From: Lama guanicoe
Lineage: Eukaryota
DNA: 64,000 bases
Assembly (NCBI GenBank): GCA_013239625.1
Contig: MU053513.1
Location: 1,786,927-1,850,926, forward strand
Direction: 5' to 3'
Below the pieces are notes generated by a model, which was not told the origin of the DNA, did no database searches, and was given only the letters and a program-made list of their open reading frames with translations. Position numbers and translations under genes: made by a program. Shown piece by piece: positions 40,930 to 53,712 of this stretch (its first letter is position 1; every line of letters begins with the position of its first letter).

Positions 40930-43900
40930 TTTTTAAAAATCCATTTTTAGCTTTACTGAGGTATAATTGACAGAAATTGTATATATTTAAGTTGTACAGT
41001 GTGATGGTTTCATTACATACATTGTGAAGCAATCATCACAGTCAACCTAATTAGCATTACTTCACATAGTTACCTTTATTTTTGTTTTTTGTCATTCCCC
41101 TCATCCCTTCCCCTCTGGCAAATACCTGTTTGTTCTCTGTGTCTATGAGTCTTTTTCTGTTTTGTTATGCTCATTTGTTTTCTCTTTAGAGTCTATGTAT
41201 ACGTACAATCATACAGTATTTGTCTTTTTCATGCTGGCTTATTTCACTTAGCATAGACCCTCTAGGTCCATCCATGTTGTTGCAAATGGCAAGATTTCAT
41301 TCTTTTTTATGGCTGAGTAATAGTCCCCCCCACCTCTCTCTCCCTATATATATACACACACACATGCGTGCGTGCACACACGCGTGCACACACACTCCAT
41401 CTTTATCCATCCATCTGTTGATGGACATTTAGGTTGCCTCCATATTTTTGCTATTGTAGATAATACTGCATTGAATGTAGGGGTGCATTATATATGTTTT
41501 TGAATTAGTGTTTTTGTTTTCTTAAGAAAAATACCTAAAAATGGAACTGCTGGATCATATGACAGTTGTATTTTTAATTTTTTGAGGAATTTGCATGCTG
41601 TTTTCTATAGTGGCTGGACCAGTTTACATTCCCACCAACAGTGCATGAGAGTTTCTTTTTCTCCACATCCTCGCCAACACTTGTTGTTTTTTTGATAACA
41701 GCCATTCTCAGGTGTGAAGTGATACTTTATTGGGTTTTGATTTATGTTTACCTGATGATTAGAGATGTTGAGCATCTTTTCATGTGTCTACTGGCCATCT
41801 GTATATCTTCTTTGGAAAATGCCTATTCAAAATACCAATTTTTAAAATCAGATTTTTGGGTTTTTTGGGGTTTCTTTGATGTTGGGTTGTATGAGTTCTT
41901 TATATATTTTGGATGTTAACCTTTTATTGAATATATCATTTGCAAATATCTTTTCCCATTCAGTAGACTGACTTTTCATTTTGTTGATAGTTTCCTTTGC
42001 CATGCAAAAGCTTTTTAGTTTGACATACTCCCATTTGTTTATTTTTGCTTTTGTTTCCATTGCCTAAGGAGATAATAATCAAAACAATATTGCTAAGGCC
42101 AGAGTCAAAGGGCATATTCCCTGTGTTTTCTTCTTGGCATTTTATGGTTTTTAGGTCTTACACTTAAGTGTGTAATCCATTTTGATTTTATTTTTGTGTG
42201 TGGTATGACAAAGTCCAGTTTGATTATTTTGCATGTGCCTGTCCAATTTACCCAGCACCATTTATTGAAGAGACTGTCATTTCTTCATTGTATGTTTTTG
42301 TCTCCTTTGTCATAGATTTGCTGACTGTATATGTATATATGGGTTTATTTTTTCACCTTCTCTTCTTTCCATTGACCTTTGTGCCTGTTTTTGTGCCCCT
42401 ATGATACTGTTTTGATTACTGTTGCTCTGTAGTATAGCTTGAAATCAGAGGGCATGATACCTCAAGCTTTGTTCTTTCTCAAGATTATTTTGGCTATTTG
42501 GAGTCTTTGTGTTTCCATATAAATTTTTAAATTATTTCTGTGAAAAATGCCTTTAGTATTTTCATAGAGATTGCATTGAATATGTAAATTTCCTTGGGTA
42601 ATATGGTTATTCTAACAATATTCTTCCAATCTATGAGTATGGTATAGCTTTCCATTTATTTGAGTCATCTTCAGTTTTTTTTTTTTTTCATCATCTTATT
42701 ACAGTTTTGTGAGTACAAGTCTTTTACTTCCTTGGTTAGATTTATTGTTATGTTTTTATGCCATTGTAAATAGGATTGTCTTCTTAATTTCTCTTTCTTA
42801 TAGTTTATTATTAGTGTATAGAAACACAACAGGTTTCTGTATGTTAATTTTGTATCCTGCAACATTACTGGATTAATTTATTCTAATAGTTTTTTAGTGA
42901 TGTCTTTAGAAATTTTTTATATTGTGTGTATCTGTGATAGTTTTACTCCTTCTTTTCCAATTTGAATACCTTTCATTTCTTTTTCTTGTCTGATTGCTGA
43001 AGCTAGGACTTTCAATTTCTAGGTTGAATAAAAGTAGTGAGAGTTGATATCCTTACCTTGTTGCTGATCTTAAAGGAAATACTTTCAAATTTTCACCATT
43101 GAGTGTGATGTTAGCTATGGGTTTATTATATATGGGCTTTATTATGTTGAGGTATGGCCCCTTAATACCCACTTTGTTGAGAGCTTTTATCATAAATGGA
43201 TGTTGAATTTTGTCAAAGGCTTTTTTCCTGCATATATTGAGATAAGTGTACTATTTTTATTCTTTGACTTGTTAATGTGATAGATCACATCGACTGAGTT
43301 GTAGATATTGAACCATCCTTGCATTCCTGGGATAACACCTATTTGATCATGGTGTATGATCCATTTAATGTATTGTTGAATTCGGTTTGCTAAAAATTTT
43401 GTTGAGATTTTTGTGTCTGTTTTGCGTCAGTGATATGAGCCTGTGAAATTGTCTTTTTTTGTGGTTTCTTTATATGATTTTGGTATAGGTGATGCTGGCC
43501 TTGTAGAATGAATTTCTAAGGATTCCTTCCTCTTCAATTTTTTGGAATAGTTTGAGAAGGATAGATATTAACTCTTTTCTAAATTTGGTAGAATTCTTCT
43601 GTGAAGCCTGGACTTCTTTAGGGGGGAAGCTTTTTGTTTTTCTTTTTCTTTTAATTACTGATTTAGTTTCATTACTGGTGATCAACAAGTTCATATTTTT
43701 TATTTCTTCCTGATTCAATCTTGGGAGATTGTAGGTTTCTAGGAATTTATCCATTTCATCTAGGTTGTCCAATTTATTGGTGTATAACTGTTTGCATTAA
43801 TTTCCTCTGATCCATTGTATTCTGTAGTGTCAGTTATAGCTTCTCCTTTTTCATTTCTCATATTTATTTGGGTACTCTCTTTTTCTTGATGAGTCTGGCT

Positions 43901-46900
43901 GAAGGTTTATCAATTTTGTCTCTCTTTTCAAAGAACTAGTTCTAAGTTTCATTAATCTTTTCATTGTTTAGTTTCGTTTCATTTATTTCTGCCCTGATGT
44001 TTATGATTTTTTCCTTCTACTAACTGGATTTTGCCTGTTCTTATTCTAGTTCCTTTGGATGTAAGCTTAGGTTGTTTATTTGAGATTTTTTTTTTCTTTC
44101 CTGTGGTACGCTTATATTACTGTAAGTTACCTTTTAGAACTGCTTTCACTGCATCCCACAAATTTTGGATTGTTATAGTTCCATTTTAATTTGTGTCCAG
44201 GTATTTTTTTATTTCTTCTTAGATTTCTTCAGTAACTCATTGATTGCTTTATAATATATTGCTTAGCCTCCTTGTGTTTATGTTTTTTCTACTTTTTTCT
44301 TGTAGTTGATTTCTCATCTCAAACCGTTGTGGCTGGAAAAGATGCTTGATATGATTTGAGTTTTCTTAAATTTATTGAGATTTGTTTTGCGGCCTAGCAT
44401 GTGATCTATCCTGGAGAATATTCCATGTACACTTGAAAAGAATATGTATTCTGCTTTTGGATGGAATATTCTATGTATATTTATTAAGTCCATCTGATCT
44501 AAGGTATTCATTGAAGGCCATTTCTCCCTTATTGATACTCTGTCTGGGTGATCTGTCCATTGACATTAGTAGGATGTTTATAAAGTCCCCTACTATTATT
44601 GTGCTAATGTCAGTTTCTTTTTTATGTTTATTAATATTTGCTTTATGTGTGTATGTTTTCCTATGTTGTGCGTGTGTATATTTAAAATTGTTGTATTTTC
44701 TTTGTGGATTAATCACTTTATCATTATGTAATGTCCTTTTTTGTCTCTTGTTACAGTTTTTGTTTTAAAGTGTGTTTTGTCTGATACGTGTATTACTCCA
44801 GGGTTTTTTTTTTTTCATTTCCATTTGTATAGAATACCTTTTTCCATCTCCCCACTTTTCATCTGTCTTTTTAGATCTGAAGTGAATCTGTTGTAGGCTG
44901 CATATATATGGGTCTTATTTTTGTATCCATTCAGCTACTCTATGTCTTTTGATTGGAGCATTTAGTCCATTTACATTTAAAGTAGTTATTGCTAGATATG
45001 TGCTTATTATCATTTTGTTAATTGTTTGGGGTTGTTTTTATAGTTTGTTTTTGTTCCTTCTTTTGCTGTCTTGTAATTTGATAACTATCTTTAGTATTAT
45101 GTTTGTATTACTTTCCCTTTTTTGCTGTGTATGTATTATAGTTTTTTGGCTTGTGGTTACTATAAGGTTTATATATGACAATCTGTATATGTACATGTTT
45201 GTTTTAAGTTGCAGATTTCTTAAGCTCGGCACATTCAAACAACCCTATATCTTTATTCTCCCTGCCCCGCCAAGACACTTCTTTTGACATCTTTTATATT
45301 TTTGTTTTGCATATCCTTTTTTGTGGATTTGGACTTTACTACTTTTCTCTTTTAACCTTCATAGTAGTGTTATAAGTGATCTACTATGTTTACTGTATAT
45401 TTGCTTTTACTGATGAGATTTTTTACTTTCACGATTTTTCATATTTCTACTTGTGGCCTTTTTCCACCTAGAGAAGTGCCTTTAACATTTCTTGTAAGGC
45501 CAGCTTAGTGGTGCTGAACTCTTAGCTTTTGCTTGTCTATAAAACTCTTGACCTCTCCTTTGAATCTGAATGATAACCTTGCCAGGTGGAATAGGTTAGT
45601 TGAAGATTTTTTCTTTTTATCATATTAAATATATCATTATATATATGCCTCTCCTTTATGGCCTGCAAAATTTCTGTTGAAAAGTCTGCTGATAGTTTTA
45701 TGGGAGTTTATATTGTATATAACTAGTTGCCTTCTTCTTACTACTTTTAAGATTGTCTCTTCTTAATTTTTTTTAATTAAAAAAAGTTTAAATTTTATTT
45801 TGTTTTTAAATTTTTTAAAAGGTTATTTTTAATTTTTTTGTTTTAATGTGTTTTACAGTGTGTCTTGGTGTGGACGTCTTTGTGTTGATCTTATTTGAAA
45901 CTCTCTATGCTTCTTGGACCTGAATGTTTCCTTTCCTAGGTTAAAAATATTTTCAGCTATATGTATTCAAATACACTCTCTCTCTTCTTCTGGGAACCCT
46001 ATAATGCTGATGTTAGTATGTTTGATGTTGTTTTAGAAGTCTTAAATTGTCCTTATTTAAGAAAATTGTTTTTACTTTTGTTGTTCATCTTGGATGGTTT
46101 CCATGCTCTGTTTTCCAGTTTGCTGATCCATTCTTCTGTATCATCTAATCTACTGTTGATCCCTTCTAGTGTATTTTTCATTTCATTTATTGTATTCTTC
46201 AGCTCTGATTGGTTCTTTTTACTTTCTAACTCTTTGTTAAGCTTCACTCTGTGTTCATCCATTTTACTTTGTTGAGCAGCTTTATAATCATTATCTTGAA
46301 CCCTTTATGAGGTAGATTACTTATTTTCACTTCCCTTAGTTCTTTTGAGTTTTTTTTTTTTTTTTTTGTTTTTTTTTTTTTTTTTTTTTTTTTTTTGGAA
46401 TATAATCCTCTCTTTCCTCTTTTTGACTGGTTTTGTTTTTATTTCTATGCATTAGGTTGGTCAGTTACATTTCCTGACCTTGGTGAAGAGGTCTTATGTA
46501 AGAGATGTCTTATGGGGCCCAGCAGCCCAGTCCCCTCTGGTCATCAGAGCTATCTGCATTAGGGGTTGTCACTTACGTGGGCTGTGTGCAGCCTTCTGTT
46601 GTGTCACGGCTGACTACTGTAGGTGTGCTGGTGGGTGGGGGATTGGGCTGGCCTCTGGCCTGGTTGGCTGCCAGGTCCTGCGTCTTGTGGAGGTTGCCAG
46701 TCACTGGTGGGCAGGTCCAGGTCCTGGCATGGTTGGCTGCAGGGTCTGGGGTTTCCCAGGGCTGATGCTGATTGGCTGGTGGCAGGTAGGGACCCCTCAG
46801 CTCTAATAACCTAGAAGGAGGACTCAAAATGGCTTTGTCAGCACTAGTGTCCTCATGATAGAATGAGCTCTCCCAAATGACTACCACCACGTGTCTGACC

Positions 46901-47446
46901 CAAGGGGAGTCCCAGTTGCCTCCTGCCTCTCCAGAATGCTCTCCAAGATCAGCAAGTTGGTCTGATCCAGGCTCCTTTCAAATTAATGCCTTTGTGCTAA
47001 GTCTTGAGGCATGTGAAATTTTGCATGTGCCCTTTAAATGTGGAATTTTGTTTTCTACAGATCTCCAACTCTCCCATACTCGAGTCTTGCTGGCCTTCAA
47101 AGCTAGATGTTCTGGGGGCTCATCTTCCTTGGGCAAAACCCTCAGGCTGGGGAGCCCAGTGTAGAGCTCAGACCCTCACTATTGGGGAGAACCTCTGCAG
47201 TTGTGGTTATTTTCCTGTTTGTGGGCTGCCTACCCAGGTGTGTGGGTCTTGACTATACTGCATCTGTGCTCCACTTATCCATCTTGTGATTCCTTCTTTA
47301 TATCTTTAGCTCTAGAAAATCTTTTCTACTAGTCTTTAGGTCATTCTCATGAATAGTTGCTCTGTGTATAGTTGTAATTTTGGTGTGCCTATGGGAGGAG
47401 GTGAGCTCAGGATCTGCCTACTTCACCATCTTATTAAAGTAACACC
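40930..47446 (-). mobile_element. Near full-length (about 6.5 kb), inactive LINE-1 antisense in USP33 intron 1
   Basis: Minus-strand order is GC-richer 5' UTR (46480-47446), ORF1 coiled coil (NQSELKNTINEMKNTLEGINSRLDDTEEWISKLE), endonuclease (HGIFSRIDHMLG), ORF2 ([31 protein letters not shown]), 3' UTR and tail. Many stops and frameshifts. Short ggtcaa duplication at 40921-40926 and 47448-47453. Confidence 0.9.
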
Positions 47447-47760
47447 TGGTCAAGTATTTTATTTTGTTTGTTTGTTTATTTTTAAACTGGCATGGCTTTA
47501 TTAATAATATCAAACAAAATTGACTTTCAAAAAAATGTCTCCTTAATGTCTCCCATTTTTCTCCTGAACCCATTTCAATCAGGTTTTTGTGGACAGTATA
47601 TTACAGAATCAGCTTGGACAAGGTTATCAATGACTCTCATTGGTATTTTGATATTTTCCAGTCAGAAGGAAAGAAGAGGGGCCGAAGAAGGCTGGGGAGG
47701 GGAAGTCTGAGACCTCAGTGTAGTCTAGCCAAGTTTGGGCCAGGCCAGTGGGAGTTCAGG

Positions 47761-49155
47761 TGTTTTTTGATGAGAGTGCCAAGACCTGTCAATGGGGAAA
47801 AAAGTCTTTTCAAGAACGAGTATTAGGCAACTGTGTATCTGTATGCAAAAATATGACATTGGACCCTTACCTTATACCACATACGAAAATTGACTTTAGT
47901 AGATCAAAGGCCTGAACATAAGAACTAAAAGTCTTATAAGAACGCAAAGAGGGAAACTTTATGACATTGGATTTGGCAGTGAATTCTTGGATATGACACT
48001 AAAAACACAGGCCACAAAAGTAAATAGATTTGGTCTATATCAAATTTAAAACTTATGTGCATCAAAGGACACAGTCAATAGAGTGAAAAGGTCACCTTTG
48101 GAATGGGCGAAAATATTAGCCAGTTATATATCTGATAAGGAGTTAAATATCTAGAGTACATAAAGGACTCCTACAACTCAACAAAAAAGAAACAACCCAA
48201 CTTAAAAAAAATAGAGAAACTATTTTGAATAGACATTTCTCCAAAGAAGGCATTTAAGTAAATGACTAACAAGCACCTGAAAAGATGCTTAACACTACTA
48301 GCTGAAGAAGTGCAGATCAAAACCACAGTGACATATCACCTCACAAGTATTAGGATGGCTACTGTCAAAAAAGCCAGAAAATAACAGAAAAATAAGTATT
48401 GATGAGGAAAGATGTGAAGAAATTTCAACCCTCATGCACTGAAATGGAAATGTAAAATGATATAGCTACTATGGTTGGCAGTATATATATATACATACAT
48501 ATATATATATACACACACATATATATACACACACACACACACATATATGTATAGGTGGTGGTTCCTAAAAAAATTTAAAATAGAATTATTGCATGATCCA
48601 GCAATTTCACTTATGGATATCTATCCAAAAGAATTGAAAGCAGGGACCTGAACGAATAGTTGTACAGCCATGTTCACAGCAGCATTATTCACAATAGCCA
48701 AAAGATAGAAGCAACTCAAATATCCAGTGATGGATGAATGGATAAAGAAAATAACGGTGTACACATACAATCAGATGTTATTCAACCTGGAAAAGGAAGG
48801 AAATTCTGGCATATACTGTAAAAATCAGTGAACTTTGAGGACATTATGCTAAGTAAAATAAGTAAGTTACCAAAAGAATACTGTATTATTCCACTTGGGA
48901 AGTACCCTGACCGGTCAGATTCATAGTGACAGAAAGTAAAATGGTGGTTGCCAGTGGCTGGTGAGAGGGGGAATGGGAAGTTACTGTTGAATGGCTGTAG
49001 AATTTCACTTTTGCAAGATGAAATGTATTCCAGAGATTGGTTGCCCAATGGTGTGAGTGTACTTAATGCTACTCAACTGTACATTTAAAGACGGTTAGGG
49101 TGATAAACTAATGTGTGTGTCATTAAAGTAAAAAATTAAAAATATAATAAATAAA
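47761..49155 (+). mobile_element. L1 (L1MA/MB-like) ORF2 end and 3' UTR; continuation of the element broken at about 40926
   Basis: tttttgatgagagtgccaagac...aatggggaaa continues the ...atatgcggtcaa motif seen at 40915-40926. Confidence 0.78.
48482..48552. repeat. Compound (TA)n/(CA)n microsatellite
   Basis: Read directly from the sequence. Confidence 0.9.
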
Positions 49156-49337
49156 TACTAAGTTTGAAAAAGTGATTACAGTATGAGAAACAGGATTCTT
49201 TTTATAAGAAAAGGCTGTTGACCCAGTTGTGAGAAGGACAAAGATTTTAAAAAATCAGGTAATGAAATAGCAAATCTAGGAGGCCCAAAAGATTCATGAA
49301 AAGACATTCAGTTTCACAGGTTGTCCAGGTAATGCAA

Positions 49338-49376
49338 ATTAAGAGTCTCATACTCTACCAACTGAGCTAGCCAGGC
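49338..49376 (-). pseudogene. Tailless retrocopy of the 5' half of tRNA-Lys(CTT)
   Basis: Minus strand GCCTGGCTAGCTCAGTTGGTAGAGTATGAGACTCTTAAT versus tRNA-Lys-CTT GCCCGGCTAGCTCAGTCGGTAGAGCATGAGACTCTTAAT (recalled; three C>T changes). 15-bp TSD agg(t/c)aatgcaaatta. Confidence 0.85.
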
Positions 49377-49739
49377 GTGTTAAGGCAATGCAAATTAGAG
49401 TACTAGTGAAATATAGCAGTATGCTCATCAAGTGACAGAAGTAAAAAAAAAAAAAAAAAAAACCTATTGCCAGTGGAGAAAATGATATTGCTGTGCAGAA
49501 AATGGTATTCCCTTATATTATTAGTGGAAATGTTGTTATAGCATTTTTGGAAAGTAATCTTGAAAAATCTATTTTTATAAACTGTCCCATTTAATATAAA
49601 TATAATGGCCCATGCATTATGTTTACATGGGTTTATTTGTTTTTGTTTTTAACCTTAAAAGGTAAATTTTTTTACATGGATTTATTTGTGTATGATTTAT
49701 ATGAACATGAAAAAATACTGAAGCATACATACAAGTTTT

Positions 49740-51075
49740 ATAGCGCAAGTATGCTGATGATAACTTCTTTCAGCTTTTGCCTAAAGAAGTCTTTATTTCG
49801 CCTTTGTTTTCCTACATTTGGGATTCCTGGTTGACAGTGTTCCTTCAGTAAACTGTAAAGATGTTGCTCCAGTCTTCTGGTTTGCATTGTTTCTAGTATA
49901 AATCGGGTCTTTTGGGGCTGCTTGTAAGATGTCCTTTTTATAACTGGTTTTAAGCAACTTGTTTGATATGCCATGGTATAATTGTTCTTATATCATACTT
50001 TGAGTTTGTTTGTATTGCTTCAATTTGAAGGATTTTAGTTTTCATCAAATTTGGACTTCCATTTAGCTAAGTGATGCTCTTTTTTAATTCAGTCTTTGTG
50101 ATTCAATTTGAATAGTTTCCTTTTTCTGTGTCTTCAAGTGCATCATTCTTTTGTATTGTTTTCTCTACTGTTAATTTCATCCACCGTATTTTTCACCTCA
50201 GATTTTTTTTTTTTAACATTAGAAACTTGATTTGGGTCATTTTTTCTTCCATGTCTCTCCTTAAAATGTGTATTCTTTATCCTATCATTTGTGTTGTTTT
50301 TGGGTCTCTTTTTTTCCCTCCTCACTGTGGGTGAGGTTTTCCTTCTTTGTATGTCTTATAATTTTGAATTGGATTCCAGAAGTTTGTATTTTTATCATCT
50401 CAGATGCTGGGTGTTTTCATTCCTTCTAAATGTCCTTCATCTTTGTTTTGGGACACTGTTGAATTCCTTGGGAACAGTTTGACCTTGTAATGCTTGCTTT
50501 TGAGCTTTTGAAGGCAGAACCGAAGTAGTCTTTCGTCTAGGGATAATTTTTCCCCAGTACTGAGACAATACCTTCCCCAGACAACGTTTTGTTCCCGCTG
50601 TATTATGAAATCTTTCAACTCTGGCTCATGGAAACAGACAGACCTGTGTTGCCTTTGAGAATTGTCTTACCAGCTCCTTTCCAGTACTTCCTCATTACTA
50701 CTCAGCTGAAAACTTAATTGTAGCCCTTTACAAATCTCCAGTTCACTTGCTCTCAATTCATTTGTTTCCTATTACTCTGCCTTGTGAATTCTAGCCACCT
50801 TGGCCTCCCTGAATTTTCATCTATGTATCTCAACTAGAGACCACCAACATCTGTTTGGGTTTTCTTCTATCTGTATTGTGACCTGGAAATTCTCTTCAGG
50901 CAGTAAATCAGGGGCAGTTACCTTGTTTTAATTTTCTTAGGGATCAGTGTCCTTTACTGCCTGTTGTCCAGTGTCTGAAAATCATTAGTTTATGTATTTT
51001 GTCTCATTCCTTATTTATTTAAGGTAAGAAGGCAGATTTGATCCCTGTTACTCCATTATGGCTGGCAGTGGAAGT
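49740..51075 (-). mobile_element. Old L1 5'/ORF1 fragments
   Basis: T-rich plus strand; minus-strand peptide remnant SEVKNTVDEINSR is ORF1-like. Confidence 0.6.
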
Positions 51076-52199
51076 AATTGGATAAGAGGAAAGAGGTCTC
51101 TAACCACAAAGGGAAGTAAGAAGTGGGTGGGAAACTGTCTTCTATACATAAATTAAAAATGGAAAATATTAACAATTACTTTAACTGCATGCTCTGAAAG
51201 TCAGGAGTGTGGGTTATTTAATATCACATAATAATGTACTATGTAGAAATAAAGACTTATTTGCTGTTAACCCCAAAGTGATTCCTGTTGTATTTTGTAG
51301 GTTGTAGTGTAATATTGGACTTACTATTATTTGACTTGATAGAACCTTTTTGTTTAATGTGTTTACTAATGTTTTAGTATTTTAGCATATTTATAACTGT
51401 TTATTCTTTCCTAGAAAGTCCCTTAATTTTTTCCAAAATAGTGTTCTCAAACCCCAAAGATGAATGAAGGGCATGAAAAACCTGTTTGGGGAATGTACAG
51501 TCCAAAGAAGACATAGAAATCCTTACTGAGTTAGACTTAAGACTTCTACTTGGAGATGACTCACTTAAACCATTCGTAAGATAATCTGTTCTTTGAATGC
51601 TGTGTATCAGTTAGCTCTGTGATTCATAAGATTTGCAGTGGAGATAGATAAAATTTAGTGACATTGCAGTACATTATGATGTCTTGGAGAAAACTAAGTG
51701 TCCTAGGATTGTAAAAATACCTTGCCCTCTGTTTACTGTAATGGAATTGAGGAAATTCCTGAGGAGTGTTAGGAAAATTATAATTGATTTGGGAAATTAC
51801 CTCATTTCTTAGTTATTTTGTCTCATTTTTTAAACTGGTTGTCTCCTAAGGGAGGGAGGTATAAGACCTTTACTGGTCATATGAAAAACTATATAAAGGG
51901 GTGATGCAGAGTACCTAATAAAATTTTATGTATATGTTTGGTATTGTGTGCCACACAAATGACATGTACTACTTCATTTAATTCTTACAATGCCTGGTAA
52001 GTCAGGTACGATACTCTGCTCTTAGTGGTATCCTTGGGTGTATTTGACTTCAGAGTCCTTGCTCCTACGCATGAGATTCCGATCCTCATTCTGCCAGATG
52101 TTAATAATGTAAACTCAGATTTTCCTTTCTTAGCCTTATATGCAAATGAAGATAATAATGATACCTATCTCAGGGTTGTTGAAAGAACCTTATAATAAT

Positions 52200-52413
52200 G
52201 TATTTCTCAGCTTGCAATGACTTTCCCCCTAGAGGACCAGGTTTTACACTGTCTAGTGACATTGATTGTCAAGGTCACAGTGGTAGTGAGGGTGTTCTGG
52301 CATCTAGTAGGTAGAAGAAATGTTGCTAAATATCTTACAGTGCACAGAACAACCCCCACAACAGAGAATTACCTGGCCTAAAGTGTCAGTGGTGCCAGGG
52401 TTGAGAAACTTTG
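52200..52413 (+). mobile_element. MER20-like DNA transposon relic
   Basis: ctggcatctagtaggtaga, tgctaaatatcttacagtgcacag and ggttgagaaac; similar to 28452-28668. Confidence 0.72.
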
Positions 52414-52954
52414 ATAGAAAGTGACTATTCTGGTTTATTGCTAGGATACCAAACTATTTCATTTATAGCATCAGTGAGGGCTGCTAGTATGAAAATGAAG
52501 GTTTCCATTTGAATTTTTTTTCTTTTCAATTTCCATTCTAGCTTAAGAATTAATCTTTTAAAAAAATAAGAAAGGATAAAAATACTTAAAATGAGTAACC
52601 TGATGTTTTCCCCTTTTATTTAAAAAGTGAAATGGGAGAAAGAGTAAAAAGCAGTGAAAGTAATGGGAAAACAAACTTACATTGACTCATGGGTATCAAT
52701 TTTAATAAAATGATTATTTAGTAGAGAAATTTCCAATGTTCAAAGTAACTTTAATTGTGACAGTAACCAAGCATGTTTGAAAATACACTCTTTTTGTAGG
52801 GCAGTTTGTAAACATGTATGGTTCTTTCTTTTATCTTGTATCTTAATAATTTTTAATATATTAGCACTTTTAAAATTAACTTTTCTGGTCAATTTTTCTG
52901 TAGGTATTACCTCATTTGGAAAGCATTGAGAAACAGGAAAACATTTCTAACAAA

Positions 52955-53035
52955 ATGTCAGCTTTTCGAAATCATTGTCCACATTTAGATTCAGTTGGTG
53001 AAATAACGAAAGAAGATTTAATACAAAAATCTCAT
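52955..53035 (+). CDS. USP33: USP33 first coding exon (whole exon 52904-53035)
   Basis: Acceptor tttttctgtag| at 52903, aaaATG start and donor |gtaaga. Encodes [27 protein letters not shown]. Confidence 0.95.
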
Positions 53036-53228
53036 GTAAGATAGAGTTTTTTTCCTTCATTTAAAAAATCATATTCATTTTTCTCCCAAATATGTGTTTT
53101 TGTGTAAATTACTGTCATATTCTGTGTTCCTAAATCTCAAATTTTTGTCTATGATATTAGTGAATATTTGTGAGTATTTGGTGTGTCAGTATAGTGGTGA
53201 TGTTATTTATGTGATTTTCATTTCATAG

Positions 53229-53282
53229 GGTTCTTGTCAGGATTGTAAAGTTAGAGGACCAAACCTTTGGGCATGCTTGGAG
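53229..53282 (+). CDS. USP33: USP33 exon (zf-UBP domain)
   Basis: catag| ... |gtatgt, 54 nt, GSCQDCKVRGPNLWACLE. Confidence 0.95.
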
Positions 53283-53712
53283 GTATGTCTATGTTTCTTC
53301 TTAAACGTTTGATATTATAAAAGTTTGTATCCAAATAAGGATAACTAGAAGATTTTTTTGACACTTTAGAGGGTTTCATAAATGAGCATACTTTTAAAAG
53401 ATCATTATTGATTATAAAAATTAAACTTCAGACTTTGAATTTTAACTTACAGTTTTTGCAGGGTTTAGTAAGTCACTAAACTCTTTTATGCTCACCTTTT
53501 GTTAGAAGTGACGCAACTTTTAGCTTAGAAATATTCTGGTTATATTCTTCTGTGCCTAGTATCTTTTGATTAAAATAACTGACTTTTGAAGTTTAATCAT
53601 TAAGTTAAAACATGTGATCAAAACTTAATTGAAAATGTAATTGTAATGCTATTATTGTGAATTATACATGTTATAAAATACCTTATTTTCCTTTTTGTAT
53701 AATTATTTGTAG

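Noticed and set aside
46350..46396. T tract of about 47 nt inside the antisense L1
   Set aside because: No clear TSD; most simply an expanded homopolymer.
40930..47446. Active, retrotransposition-competent L1
   Set aside because: ORF1 and ORF2 are broken into short fragments by many stops and frameshifts.
49619..49667. ...LTLK followed by a GT donor, resembling the human long-isoform first coding exon (MTGSNSHITILTLK)
   Set aside because: Only four residues match and the donor phase does not fit exon 52904. The human peptide resembles the primate L1 ORF2 start, so it is probably a primate-specific exonisation.
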